Shown one piece after another: positions 19,948 to 30,120 of a stretch of DNA of 64,000 nucleotides (positions are counted from its first letter, which is position 1; every line of letters starts with the position of its first letter). The notes below the pieces were generated by a model. That model saw only the letters and a program-made list of their open reading frames with translations, ran no database searches and had not been told where the DNA came from. Both the position numbers and the translations under genes were made by a program. This DNA comes from Verrucomicrobiota bacterium (GTDB lineage Bacteria > Verrucomicrobiota > Verrucomicrobiia > Limisphaerales > CANJSG01), in assembly GCA_038209745.1 (NCBI GenBank), contig JBBQXJ010000011.1:8390-72389 (forward strand), given 5' to 3'.

Positions 19948-20910
19948 TCAGAAGTAACGGACGAAGTTCTTGGCCTTTAGCCGGTCGATCCATTTCTTCA
20001 GAAGTCTCTCCTGCTCCTGACCGCGAAGCTCGCGTTCGATCTCGTCCTGCACGTCGGCCAGCGGCCGCGTGTAGCTGATGCGGGAATCCTCCGCATACAG
20101 AATGTAGGCGCCGCCCGGGAGGTCGATCACCGGGCTGAGTTCACCGGCTTTGAGATTGAAGGCGACCTCGGTGAGCTCCTTGTTCAGAAAGTTCCGATCC
20201 ACCCAGCCGCGATCACCGCCAGTGGTCCGGGCCGAGCCATCCGAGTAGACCGCGGCCATCTGGGAGAAGGGCGCTCCATCGAGCAGCTTGGCGTGGACCT
20301 CTTCGGCGATCTTCTTGGCCAACCCTTTGGGGGCGCCGGCGGGCTGGTTGATGGAGATCATCCGGAGCTTCACCTGGTCGCCTAGCTGATAGTCCTTCAG
20401 GTGTTCCTTGTAGTGGTTCTCGATGCGGGTCGGGGAAATGACGATCTTATCGGAGTTGAGGTTCCGTTGCCGCAGCAGGCGCTCGATGAGCTGGTCTTTG
20501 CGCTCCTGGCGGAACTGTTCCCGGGTCTGGCCGCGCTCCTTCAACGTTTTGGCAAAACTGATCGTGTCGCCAAATTCCTCGCGGATCTGGTCGTTGATGT
20601 AGTCGTCCACGTAGGCTTCCGGGAGCTGGAATCCTAGGGCGGCGAAGTCGGCGAGGATGAGCTTGCCCTGCACCAGCTCCTCGACCCGGAGCTGTCGGAG
20701 CTGGCGGATCTGTTGGCTGATGACCTCGGGCTGGTTCCGATAGCGCTGGATAATGTCCTGCGCGGCCGGAGCGATCCGGGTCTCGATCTGCTGCTCGGTG
20801 ATGACATCGCTGTTCACGATCACGCTGATGCCGTTCAACAGCTCGGGTGCCGCCGAAGCGGAGAGGCTGATGACAAGACCGGCGAGGAGCGCTGCAACCG
20901 TTTTTCTCAT
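19948..20910 (-). CDS. surA: SurA-like periplasmic chaperone / parvulin PPIase
   Basis: Signal peptide, IVNSDVIT, FSQMAAVYSD..GGDRGW, W..RLK..NFV. Confidence 0.85.
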   Translation of the reverse strand: MRKTVAALLAGLVISLSASAAPELLNGISVIVNSDVITEQQIETRIAPAAQDIIQRYRNQPEVISQQIRQLRQLRVEELVQGKLILADFAALGFQLPEAYVDDYINDQIREEFGDTISFAKTLKERGQTREQFRQERKDQLIERLLRQRNLNSDKIVISPTRIENHYKEHLKDYQLGDQVKLRMISINQPAGAPKGLAKKIAEEVHAKLLDGAPFSQMAAVYSDGSARTTGGDRGWVDRNFLNKELTEVAFNLKAGELSPVIDLPGGAYILYAEDSRISYTRPLADVQDEIERELRGQEQERLLKKWIDRLKAKNFVRYF

Positions 20911-21716
20911 GCGTTGGGCGGCATACTAGGAATGGACCCGGGTCCGCCAAGCGGAATCTCCCCCACCGAGCCGGAAGTCACTGAACCGGGTTCGATGAAC
21001 TTCATGAATTCCAGCCCGGGCGCCGCCTGTAGCCGGAAACCCGCCCCGTTCCATTCGAACTCCAGCGCTGCGGCGTGCAGCAGATGGTTCGCGGTCAGCA
21101 GCGCGGCCTGCCGGGTCGCGTCCAATCGGTTCTCGACGAGAGCGAGGTAGTGCTCCGGATCGCCGCCGTAGAGCTTGTCCCCGACGATCGGATGCCCGCG
21201 ATGGGCAAGGTGGATGCGAATCTGGTGCTTCCGTCCTGTCCTCGGCAAAACCAGGAGCAGAGCGAAGCGGCCCTCGTTCCGGAGAAAACGTTTCAGAACC
21301 GTGTAGCCCGTCGCGGCCTGCCGACCATCGGGCCGCACGCAGTCCTTGATGGCGACCACACTGGCCTCGTCCTTGCCCAACGGAGCGTCGATCTGCCCGG
21401 CGTCATCCGAGGGATGACCATGGACGACCGCCAAGTAGGTCTTCTGGACTCGGCCCAGTTCCCACATTCGCCCCAGTTGCCCGGCCGCGTCGGTGCTCTT
21501 GGCGAGCAGGACGATGCCACTGGTTTCCCGATCGAGACGGTTGACCAGTCGAGGCGCCGAACCCGCTCCACAATGCATCCGGGCCCGACTGATGAGCGAA
21601 GACCAGACGTCGCCCTTGGTCGGGTGACAAACCAGATCGGCCGGCTTGTTCACGGCCAGCAGGGTCGGGGTTTCGAGAATGACGTCGAGCGAGGGGCCCA
21701 TCGATGGCCCGAGCAT
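20907..21716 (-). CDS. RluA-family RNA pseudouridine synthase
   Basis: VNKPA, NRLDRETSG, TGRKHQIRIH, PIVGDKLY; start uncertain. Confidence 0.92.
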   Translation of the reverse strand: MLGPSMGPSLDVILETPTLLAVNKPADLVCHPTKGDVWSSLISRARMHCGAGSAPRLVNRLDRETSGIVLLAKSTDAAGQLGRMWELGRVQKTYLAVVHGHPSDDAGQIDAPLGKDEASVVAIKDCVRPDGRQAATGYTVLKRFLRNEGRFALLLVLPRTGRKHQIRIHLAHRGHPIVGDKLYGGDPEHYLALVENRLDATRQAALLTANHLLHAAALEFEWNGAGFRLQAAPGLEFMKFIEPGSVTSGSVGEIPLGGPGSIPSMPPNA

Positions 21717-21803
21717 CGTAGGCAGGAACCTCCCGGCCAACCCCGGAGTTTGCGGGCCGCCGGAGGCTTGTGCGGCCGCCTTCAGCCGCTATGATCCGCC
21801 AAG

Positions 21804-22448
21804 GTGAAACGCCGCATCATCATCCTATCCGTCCTGATGCTCCTGCTCGCGGTGACGCGCATTCCGGGGCTGGCGCCGTGGAATTTCAGCCCAGTGTACG
21901 CAATGGCCTTTTGCGCCGGAGCCTTCTTCAGGGGGAGATGGCAATGGGCCCTGCCGCTGGGCGTGATGTTGGCGACGGATATCGGGCTGAACCTCTATCA
22001 CCAGAAGCAGGTGGCCGGGAGCGACTACTTCACCGGCACGGCGCTCTTCTATCTGCTGGGCAACTACGGCGCCTACGCAGTGCTTTTTGCCTTGGGCCGC
22101 TGGCTGGGCAAGTCGGACCGAAGGAATCCGCTGGGCCTGATCGGCGGCGGCATCCTCGGGGCGCTGGCGTTCTACTTCATCACCAACACGCTTTCCTGGT
22201 TGCTGAATCCGTTCCACCAGCCCGAATACACCCGCGATCTGGCCGGTTGGATCATCGCTCTGACCAAAGGTGCGGGCGGCTATCCGGAGACCTGGACCTT
22301 CTTCCGCAACACCCTGATGAGCGGCGGACTGTTCACCGCTCTGTTCGTCGCCGCCGCCGAGGCCACCGAGCCGGAACGCGAACCCGAGACCGACGCGGGC
22401 GCGGAGCCCGAATCTCCGGTCGGCGCCGAGCCGGAACAGGGCGTCTAA
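21804..22448 (+). CDS. membrane protein, DUF6580 / S-component-like putative transporter
   Basis: NFSPVYAMAFCAG, FYFITN..W, FFRNTL motifs; 5-6 TM. Confidence 0.7.
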   Translation: MKRRIIILSVLMLLLAVTRIPGLAPWNFSPVYAMAFCAGAFFRGRWQWALPLGVMLATDIGLNLYHQKQVAGSDYFTGTALFYLLGNYGAYAVLFALGRWLGKSDRRNPLGLIGGGILGALAFYFITNTLSWLLNPFHQPEYTRDLAGWIIALTKGAGGYPETWTFFRNTLMSGGLFTALFVAAAEATEPEREPETDAGAEPESPVGAEPEQGV

Positions 22449-22451
22449 CGC

Positions 22452-22919
22452 ATGGGGAAGTTCGGCATCATCTCGGACACCCACGGATATCTTGATCCGC
22501 AGGTGCTCGAAATCTTCGCCGGAGTCGACCGCATCTTCCACGCGGGAGACATAGGTTATCCCGCCGTCATCCTCGAACTGGAGGGCGTCGCCCCGGTGAC
22601 CGCCGTGCTGGGGAACAACGATGCAGGGCTGGACTTTCGCGAGACCGAGGTGGCCGAGGTCGGTGGATTGAAAATCCTCGTCCATCACATCGTGACTCCT
22701 GGATTCCCCGGCGAGATCCTGGCCCATCGACTCGAGCGCGAGCGTCCCGACATCGTGCTCTTCGGGCATACGCACCGCCCCTGTGCCGAACGCCACGGCG
22801 GCGTCTTCTTCCTGAATCCCGGCTACTCCGGCCGGCCCCGGATGAACACCCCGCGCAGCGTCGCGTTGATCGAACTCGGAGCCGACGGGTTCAGCCACCG
22901 GTTCATCTCCCTTGCCTGA
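22452..22919 (+). CDS. YfcE-family metallophosphoesterase
   Basis: ISDTHG, HAGD, GNND, GHTH, NPG. Confidence 0.92.
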   Translation: MGKFGIISDTHGYLDPQVLEIFAGVDRIFHAGDIGYPAVILELEGVAPVTAVLGNNDAGLDFRETEVAEVGGLKILVHHIVTPGFPGEILAHRLERERPDIVLFGHTHRPCAERHGGVFFLNPGYSGRPRMNTPRSVALIELGADGFSHRFISLA

Positions 22920-23067
22920 CGCGGTCCCGGCCGGCGTTTGTCAGTTTTGAGAAGACCGCCTCCGATCTTTCCCCGCCAATCTTCCGGAATCCGCTCAAGG
23001 TTCATCCCTGCCCGCCGTTAATTCCCGTGGACTGCGAACTGCTTGGTTTGTGGCTCCAGACAACGCT

Positions 23068-24129
23068 ATGGGTTGGGCATTTTTGAATCGAAGCAATAAA
23101 CGGCGGGACCAGATCGTTTCCATCGATCTGGGGGGACGCAGCACGAAGGCCGTCCTTCTCCAACGGCGCGCCGGTGGCTTCAGCCTTGCCCGCTACTGTG
23201 TCGCCGAAGCGGTGACCGGGGAGGATCTCCTGGACCCGGCCAAGCTCGGAGAACACCTGAAGACCGTGACCGCCGCGCTTGGAAGCAAGACCAAGAAGGT
23301 CGTGATTTCTATCGGTGTCGCCGAATCGGTGCTGCGCTCGACCGAGATGCCACAGGTGCCGGTTTCGGACATGCGCCACATGTTGAAGCTGAACACCAAG
23401 AGCCACCTTCAGCAGGAACTTCCGGACCATGCGTTCGACTGCTGCATCATGCCTCCTCGGCCCGACGCGCCCAAACCGGAGCCCGGCAAAGGAAACAGGT
23501 TCAAGGTCTGGGTCGGCGCCGCACCCAATGCGGTGATCGCCAAACTCCAATCCGCCGTAAAACACGCGGGGTTGGAGCCGGATCAGGTCTCAATAGGCTC
23601 GCTGGGCCCGGTCAATTCCTTCGAGTCCGCTTTCCCCGACATCTTCCACGGCGACGTGATCGCCTTGGTGGACCTCGGCTACAAGAGCAGCAGCATCAAC
23701 ATCCTGTCGAAGGGTGAACTCGTCCTCAGCCGCGTGGTCGGGCTGGGAGGCGACAGGCTCACCGCGACGCTCGCCGAGCTGATGAACATCACCTACGCCG
23801 AGGCGGAAGGGATCAAGATCGGCATGCCCCAGGAGGTCGAGAGCACGCTTGCGCCCAGCCTGGCCGCTCTGGCCCGTGAACTTCGCGCATCGATCGACTT
23901 TTTCGAGACCCAGAGCGATCAGCCGGTCGGGACGATCTACTTCTCGGGCGGCGCGGCCCGGTCCGACTATTTCATCCAGACGCTGCAGGCGGAGTTGGTT
24001 CTTCCCTGCCGGACATGGAATCCGGCTGCGGGCCTCCAGTTGGAGCTCGTGCCCGAGCAGGTCGCCGAGCTGGAACACGTCGCCTCCCAGTTGGCGGTCG
24101 CCATCGGCGCGGCAACACCCCTTTTCTAA
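23068..24129 (+). CDS. pilM: type IV pilus assembly protein PilM
   Basis: SIDLGGRSTKAV, LVDLGY, GGDRLT, SGGAAR, AVAIGAA actin-like fold. Confidence 0.9.
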   Translation: MGWAFLNRSNKRRDQIVSIDLGGRSTKAVLLQRRAGGFSLARYCVAEAVTGEDLLDPAKLGEHLKTVTAALGSKTKKVVISIGVAESVLRSTEMPQVPVSDMRHMLKLNTKSHLQQELPDHAFDCCIMPPRPDAPKPEPGKGNRFKVWVGAAPNAVIAKLQSAVKHAGLEPDQVSIGSLGPVNSFESAFPDIFHGDVIALVDLGYKSSSINILSKGELVLSRVVGLGGDRLTATLAELMNITYAEAEGIKIGMPQEVESTLAPSLAALARELRASIDFFETQSDQPVGTIYFSGGAARSDYFIQTLQAELVLPCRTWNPAAGLQLELVPEQVAELEHVASQLAVAIGAATPLF

Positions 24130-24135
24130 AACTTC

Positions 24136-24819
24136 ATGCCTATTCGCATCAACCTGCTTGCCGAAGTCCAGATGGCCGAGGAGATGCGGCGCAAGGACCC
24201 GGTCAAACGGTCCATCTGGGGAGCGGCCCTCCTCGTTCTCGCGGTCGGTCTCTGGTGCGGCCAAAAACAGACCCAGCTCATGCTGGCGAAGTCCGAACTG
24301 GCCCGCATGTCGGCGACGTGGGCGGCGGAGGAGAAGAACTTCCAGAAGGTGAACGAAATGCTGCGCGCCACAGGGGATCTCGAGAAACGCTTGGTGGCGC
24401 TCGTGCGGTCCTCGACCAACCGGTTCCTCTTGGGATCCACGCTTCATCAGCTCCAGCTCACGCTTCCGGACGACCTCCAATTCACCCGCCTCCGCACGGA
24501 GCAGGGATTCCTCGTCACTGCGGCGGAACCGCCCAAGAAGAACGGAAGCAAGATGGTGCCGGGTCGGCGCGCCTCGTCGACGGAGAATCTCCGGATCGTG
24601 GTCGACGGGAAGGACTACGCCGCGATCGAGACCCAGAACTACAACGTTTTCAAACTGGCCCTGTCCACCAACGCCCTGTTCGCCGTCCCGCTGAAGGGAG
24701 TCGGGGGGTTCAAACTGTCCAACTTGTCCCAGCCCGTCGCCGATCCGGCGAAGAACGGCAAGACATTCGTCGCCTTCTCGTTGGAGGCGCGTTTCCCGGA
24801 GGTCGTACGCGATGAGTAA
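24136..24819 (+). CDS. pilN: PilN-like protein
   Basis: N-terminal RINLL, single TM, coiled coil; follows pilM. Confidence 0.75.
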   Translation: MPIRINLLAEVQMAEEMRRKDPVKRSIWGAALLVLAVGLWCGQKQTQLMLAKSELARMSATWAAEEKNFQKVNEMLRATGDLEKRLVALVRSSTNRFLLGSTLHQLQLTLPDDLQFTRLRTEQGFLVTAAEPPKKNGSKMVPGRRASSTENLRIVVDGKDYAAIETQNYNVFKLALSTNALFAVPLKGVGGFKLSNLSQPVADPAKNGKTFVAFSLEARFPEVVRDE

Positions 24820-25426
24820 GATGTCCCGCGAAAAGAAGAGCCAGATCATCCTGATCGTGATGATGGCCGTCACCGTCTGTTTCGGCCTCTATTTCGGCAT
24901 CATCCAGATCCAGGGCGACCGGATCAACGCGATGAACCGTCGCCGCGACGAGATGGTGGAGAAGCTCACCAAGGCCGAACGTGCCCTGAAGAACAAGAAA
25001 GCCTTGGAGACCGAGCTCGCCGCCCGCCGCGCCGAGCTCGACACCATCGAGCGCACCATGGCTTCGGGCGACCTCTACTCCTGGATCATCGGCACGATGA
25101 ACCGGCGGGCCACCCGGTTCGACCTGAACATTCCCACCTACGGACGCGAAACCATCGGCGAGATCGGGATCGTCCCCGAGTTCCCCTACAAGGCGGCGAC
25201 GTTCCTGCTTCGCGGCACGGGGACCTTTGAGAATCTCGGTCGATTCGTGGCCGACCTCGAGAACGACCGCCCCTTCTTCCGCGTGCAGAATCTCGACGTT
25301 TCCCCCGCCCCCGCAGGCTCGGGCGGGGAGTATCTGGTCCAGTTCAGCTTTGAACTGGTCGCCCCTATCCGCCCTGCCCAAACGGTCATTGCGAACAATG
25401 AAAACGTCACCGCAAAAGCTCCTTAG
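24812..25426 (+). CDS. pilO: PilO-like protein
   Basis: TM + coiled coil + GTFENLGRFVADLEN..FFRVQNL. Confidence 0.75.
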   Translation: MSKMSREKKSQIILIVMMAVTVCFGLYFGIIQIQGDRINAMNRRRDEMVEKLTKAERALKNKKALETELAARRAELDTIERTMASGDLYSWIIGTMNRRATRFDLNIPTYGRETIGEIGIVPEFPYKAATFLLRGTGTFENLGRFVADLENDRPFFRVQNLDVSPAPAGSGGEYLVQFSFELVAPIRPAQTVIANNENVTAKAP

Positions 25427-25868
25427 CCTCTCGGCCCTGCTCCTCGTCTGGTCGGCGTCCACCGCGACGGTCCGGGCTGCCGGAGCGAATCTTCCGGAGA
25501 TCACCGCGCGCACCAACTCCATCGCCACGGTCGTGACCCTCCGGAAGTCCATCTTCAATCCCGATGTCCCCGGTGCCCGCAATCCCTTCTACCCGGACGC
25601 GGTGCGCGTCGTCAGGAAAGCGGGCGGCGACGAAACGGAGATCTCCGTCACGACGTTCTCCCAGCTCACCCTGCGCGGCATCGTCTCGGGACGGAGCGCC
25701 ATCATCAACAACCGCAATTTTGTGACCGGGGACGAAGCCGAAGTCCGGCTGCCCGGAGGTCGCCAAGCCAAGATCAAGGTGATCAAGGTCAACGAGGACA
25801 GCGTCGTCATCACCATCGGCGGCCAGAAGGAATCCAAGACGCTCTACGCCAAGGGCGCGGCTCACTGA
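25398..25868 (+). CDS. secreted PilP/GspC-HR-like protein
   Basis: Signal peptide, RNPFYP, LTLRGIV..AIINNRNF..G..KVIKVNEDSVVI; lies between pilO and the secretin. Confidence 0.7.
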   Translation: MKTSPQKLLSLSALLLVWSASTATVRAAGANLPEITARTNSIATVVTLRKSIFNPDVPGARNPFYPDAVRVVRKAGGDETEISVTTFSQLTLRGIVSGRSAIINNRNFVTGDEAEVRLPGGRQAKIKVIKVNEDSVVITIGGQKESKTLYAKGAAH

Positions 25869-25935
25869 AGCGGGAGACCCGGCACACCCAATTTTCTCAC
25901 GGAAAAGTGGAATCAAACTAGCTAAGGGAACAAAT

Positions 25936-27492
25936 ATGAAGGATCCGATTTTGAAAGCATGTCACGCCGTGGCGCTCGCCACCGCCTTGTGGTGGCCGCT
26001 GGGAGCCGAAGCGGCCGCCGAGCCCGCGACGGCACAAGCCTCCGCCGACATCGGCGGTCAACAGATCAACACAACCTCGGGCGAGATTCTGCAATCGGTG
26101 CAGATGGACGGCGCCCTCCTGACCGACGCGCTCAGCTCGCTCGCGCGACAGGCCGGGATCAACTTCCAGTTCGACCCGCGACTGAGCGCCGGCGGCGTCG
26201 GCACGGACGGCCAGACGAACCAGATACCGAACGTCTCGTTCCGCTTCGAGAACGTGACCGCCGCCCAGGCGTTCGTCGCGATCCTCGACAACTACGGCCT
26301 CCAGTTCACCGCCGATCCGCGCACCAAAATCGGCCGCGTCAGCATCAAGGACGCGAAGGAGCCGCTGGTCACCCGCACCTTCCAGCTGAAATACAGCAGC
26401 CCGACCAACATGATCGCGCTGCTCCAGCCCTCCCTCCAGGACACCCGCGGCCGCATCCTTCCCGATGGCCGCACCTCCAAGCTCGTCGTCCTGGCCACCG
26501 AGCGTGAACTCATCAACATCGCGACGCTCATCGACAAGCTCGACACCGCCACCCGTCAGATCTTGATCGAAGCCCGCTTCTTGGAGACCAGCTACAGCCC
26601 CGATTCCATCAAGGGACTCGACTGGTCGGGCACCTTCGCCGCCCAGAACCTCAAGTTCGGCAATACGATCCCCAGTGTGGCCCCTGCTTCTACCGTTCCC
26701 GCCGGCTCAGGGCCTGGAGTGATGCTTTCCAAGGCTCCGCAGGCCTATCTGTCCACGATGGGCAGCCCGGCTCCCGGTCTCTTGAACGCCGACGGACTCA
26801 GTGCCGTTCTCTCCTTCCTCAACACGGACCAACAGTCCGAATCGATCGCCGCGCCGCGCGCCGTCACCATGGAAAACGTGTCCGCCGATCTATCGGTCGT
26901 CCGCAACGTGCCGATCTTCGAACAGGAGCAAGGCGCGTCTTCCGCTGGCGGCACCGCTCCCATTTCAACCAAGCCGAACTACGAGAAGAAAGTCGCCGAC
27001 CGAATCGTCAACGAAGTCGGCATCAAGCTGGTCGTCACGCCCTCCATCGCGGCCGGGACCAATGTGCTCCTCAATCTCAAGCCTGAGATTTCCGACTTCG
27101 ACGGACAGGCTTCTTCCACCTTCAACGGCGAGCTCAACACGTCCCCGATCTTCAAACGGAGCCGGCTGGACACCGTCGCCATGGTGCCGAGCAGCTACAC
27201 CCTGGTGCTCGGCGGTCTGATGAGCGACTCGAACACCAAGACCCTCACCAAGGTGCCCATCCTCGGCGACATTCCCGGACTCGGCCGCGCCTTCCGCAGC
27301 GACAAGAAGAGCAGGAACAAGCGCAACCTCTTGATCTTCGTCACGCCGACGATCCTTGGATTGGAAGACTTCCAGAACAACGGCCGTCCGACCGAGTTCC
27401 TCCAGTCCAGCCCGAACCTCTCGATGAAGAACACTTTCGAAGATCCCTACGACAGCGCGGAAGCCAAAGACTGGACCAAACCCGTCAACTGA
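25936..27492 (+). CDS. pilQ: secretin (PilQ/GspD family)
   Basis: QILIEARFLE, GIKLVVTP, LVLGGL, KVPILGDIPGLGRAF, LLIFVTPTI. Confidence 0.9.
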   Translation: MKDPILKACHAVALATALWWPLGAEAAAEPATAQASADIGGQQINTTSGEILQSVQMDGALLTDALSSLARQAGINFQFDPRLSAGGVGTDGQTNQIPNVSFRFENVTAAQAFVAILDNYGLQFTADPRTKIGRVSIKDAKEPLVTRTFQLKYSSPTNMIALLQPSLQDTRGRILPDGRTSKLVVLATERELINIATLIDKLDTATRQILIEARFLETSYSPDSIKGLDWSGTFAAQNLKFGNTIPSVAPASTVPAGSGPGVMLSKAPQAYLSTMGSPAPGLLNADGLSAVLSFLNTDQQSESIAAPRAVTMENVSADLSVVRNVPIFEQEQGASSAGGTAPISTKPNYEKKVADRIVNEVGIKLVVTPSIAAGTNVLLNLKPEISDFDGQASSTFNGELNTSPIFKRSRLDTVAMVPSSYTLVLGGLMSDSNTKTLTKVPILGDIPGLGRAFRSDKKSRNKRNLLIFVTPTILGLEDFQNNGRPTEFLQSSPNLSMKNTFEDPYDSAEAKDWTKPVN

Positions 27493-27512
27493 TCGCGCAA
27501 CGACCTCTCTGC

Positions 27513-27548
27513 AAAAACGCCCCGGAGCAATCCGGGGCGTTTTCTTTT
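27513..27548. terminator. bidirectional intrinsic terminator
   Basis: AAAAACGCCCCGGA-GCAA-TCCGGGGCGTTTTCTTTT. Confidence 0.88.
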
Positions 27549-27554
27549 CCCGAC

Positions 27555-28850
27555 TCAGCCCAACGCCTTGGCCGCGATGTCGCGGCGGAGATGCTGACCC
27601 CCTTCGAAGTGGATCAGATCGGCGGCTCGGTAGGCGGCGTCACGGGCTTCCTGGAGCGAATCCGCCCAAGCGGTCACCCCCAGCACCCGGCCGCCGTTGG
27701 TAACGGTCTTGCCATCCTTCAGCGCGGTGCCGGCGTGGAACACCTTGGTGTTGGGCAAGGCGCCGGCTTCCGCCAGGCCGAAGATTTCTTTCCCCTTGGG
27801 ATACGTCCCGGGATAGCCGGGCGCGGCGATGACGACGCAGACGGAAGCCTGTTTCGACCAGTGGAGCTCCATCGCATCCAACCGGCCTTCCACGCTGGCG
27901 AGCAGCAGTTCGACGAGGTCGCTGTCCAACCGCGTGAGGTAGGTCTGGGTCTCCGGATCGCCGAAGCGCGCATTGAACTCCAGCACCTTGGGCCCGTCCT
28001 TGGTCAGCATCACTCCGGGATAGAGGATGCCGCGAAAGTCGATGCCTTCGGCCGCACAGCCCTTGAGCCAGGGCAACAGGATTTGGCGACCGACGGCGGC
28101 GAGTTCCGTTTCGTCGAGAAACGGCGCCGGCGAATAGGTGCCCATCCCGCCGGTGTTCAATCCCTCGTCGTGGTCGAAGGCGCGCTTGTGGTCCTGGGCG
28201 GTGGGAAACAACTTCGCCGTCCGTCCATCGCACAGGGCGTGGAGCGAGATTTCCATCCCTTCGAGCATCTCCTGGAGGACGACCCGTGAGCCTGCACTGC
28301 CGAAGGCGCGTTCTACCAGGATCTCGTCGATGGCCCGGTCCGCCTCTTCCACCGTCTGGCAGAGGATGACGCCTTTGCCCAAAGCCAGACCGTCGGCCTT
28401 GACCGCAACTTTTCCATGCAGACCCGCCGCGAACGCCTTGGCCTGTGCGGGATCGGAAAACGTCCCGGAGATCGCGGTGGGGATGCCGTGCTTCTCCATG
28501 AAGTCCTGCGAGAAGGCCTTGGAAGCTTCGAACTGGGCGGCCTTTTTGTTCGGTCCCCAGATCTTCAATCCAGCTGCTTGGAACGCGTCCACCACTCCGG
28601 CCCCAAGGGCGCCATCAGGACCTACCACCGACAGGTCCGGTCGGTGTTCCGTCGCCCATTGGATCAGGGCGGGGATGTCTTCGGCGCCGATCGGGACGTT
28701 CTCCACGGCCGCGTCGTTGGCGGCGAGCCGTTCGAGGGCGGTGCCGGCGTTGCCCGGGGCACACCACAGGTGGGTGACGCGCGGAGAGCGCGCCAGCTTC
28801 CAGACCAGGGCGTGTTCGCGTCCACCGGAACCGATGACGAGGATCTTCAT
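27555..28850 (-). CDS. purD: phosphoribosylamine-glycine ligase
   Basis: IGSGGREHAL, APGNAG, KADGLALGKGV, QDHKR, NTGGMG, EFNARFGDPE. Confidence 0.97.
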   Translation of the reverse strand: MKILVIGSGGREHALVWKLARSPRVTHLWCAPGNAGTALERLAANDAAVENVPIGAEDIPALIQWATEHRPDLSVVGPDGALGAGVVDAFQAAGLKIWGPNKKAAQFEASKAFSQDFMEKHGIPTAISGTFSDPAQAKAFAAGLHGKVAVKADGLALGKGVILCQTVEEADRAIDEILVERAFGSAGSRVVLQEMLEGMEISLHALCDGRTAKLFPTAQDHKRAFDHDEGLNTGGMGTYSPAPFLDETELAAVGRQILLPWLKGCAAEGIDFRGILYPGVMLTKDGPKVLEFNARFGDPETQTYLTRLDSDLVELLLASVEGRLDAMELHWSKQASVCVVIAAPGYPGTYPKGKEIFGLAEAGALPNTKVFHAGTALKDGKTVTNGGRVLGVTAWADSLQEARDAAYRAADLIHFEGGQHLRRDIAAKALG

Positions 28851-29027
28851 GTGCCGGCGGATGAAACCGGAAAGAGCATGGGAGGGCAAAGGCGTTTCTC
28901 CGGTGACCGGGGCCGGCCCGTCCGCGATTCTTCCCCGGGGAGTCGGGTCTCAATTCGGACTCGGCCGAGATCCTGCTAAAGGCGGGTTATGGGACGGTTT
29001 TGACAATCGCCCCTCCTAGACGACGCC

Positions 29028-30005
29028 ATGAAAAAGGTTCTCCTGATCCTCACGTTGACCGTCGCGGCCGGATGGTTCTGGTTCAACCGGGCTGCTGCCA
29101 GCGACGAGACGCTGCTCCATCCCGAAGATGCCGAATACTTCGGCCACGTCGGTCGCCCGGCCGACGTGGCGTTCACCGCCCTCGATGGACGAAAAGTCAA
29201 CGTGGCGGAGATGAAAGGCCACGTGGTGCTGCTTGATTTCTGGGCGACGTGGTGCGGGCCCTGCATGAGGGAAATGCCCCGAGTGAAGGCGACCTTCGAG
29301 AAGTATCACGCCCGCGGCTTCGAGATCGTGGGCATCAGCTTCGACCGTGATCGGCAGGCATTGCAGGGCGTGGTCCAGGAAGCCGGCATCCCCTGGCCGC
29401 ATTACTTCGAAGAAGGCCAGGGCAAAAACCTGTTCGGTCTCAAGTTCGGCATCCGGCACTACCCTTCCATGTGGCTGGTGGACAAGAAGGGCATCGTCCG
29501 GTTCATCAGCGCGGGGCGCGACATGGAGGAGAAGATCGCAGCCCTTCTCGCCGAAGATCCCGACCAGAAGCCTCTCTCTTTGACGAATCCCGTCGGGTTC
29601 TTGGATCGGGCCAAAGAAGTCGTCGCCTCCGTGAAGTCCCACCACGAAACCGATTCGCCCACGGACTCTGGGTCTTCGGGCGGGGCGACATCGCTGGTGG
29701 CGGCCATCTCGCGTTTCGCTTCGAACACGCCCCGATCGTCGGACGACCGACCGGCCGGTCTGCATGCGGTTCGGCTCAAGGGAGTCCTGGCTTCGGTCTC
29801 AAGGCCTATGGCGATGCTGGAGGCCGACGGCCATGCCTTCTCGCTCGTTCCCGGCGAAGAGATGAAAGTGAAGATCGGCGAACTGATCGTGCCGGTCCGA
29901 TGCGACGCGATCAATGGCGCCCGCGTCACCCTTTCGACGAGCAACGGGGTGGTGAAGAGCGAACTGCTGTTGGCGCAGAGGGTCGGAATCGATCCTCAGC
30001 CCTGA
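29028..30005 (+). CDS. membrane-anchored TlpA-family thioredoxin with an extra C-terminal PilP/GspC-like domain
   Basis: N-terminal anchor, DFWATWCGPC, YPSMWLVD; C-terminal RLKGVLAS..AML..GEEMKV..VRCDAI. Confidence 0.85.
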   Translation: MKKVLLILTLTVAAGWFWFNRAAASDETLLHPEDAEYFGHVGRPADVAFTALDGRKVNVAEMKGHVVLLDFWATWCGPCMREMPRVKATFEKYHARGFEIVGISFDRDRQALQGVVQEAGIPWPHYFEEGQGKNLFGLKFGIRHYPSMWLVDKKGIVRFISAGRDMEEKIAALLAEDPDQKPLSLTNPVGFLDRAKEVVASVKSHHETDSPTDSGSSGGATSLVAAISRFASNTPRSSDDRPAGLHAVRLKGVLASVSRPMAMLEADGHAFSLVPGEEMKVKIGELIVPVRCDAINGARVTLSTSNGVVKSELLLAQRVGIDPQP

Positions 30006-30120
30006 TCCCCGGGCAGACCTTCCAGGAGGCGACTGTCGCTGTCTTGATGGCGGCCCAGCGACAAGACTCGTTCGCGGGATCGACATTGATCGGAGGCTCG
30101 GCACCACCGAAGCTCCGGCG

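Noticed and set aside
21740..21803. Cobalamin riboswitch before the DUF6580-like transporter
   Set aside because: Intergenic space too short and no B12-box
23027..23043. Sigma-54 promoter before pilM (TGGACTGCGAACTGCT)
   Set aside because: Fits GG-N10-GC but matches TGGCAC poorly, so chance is likely
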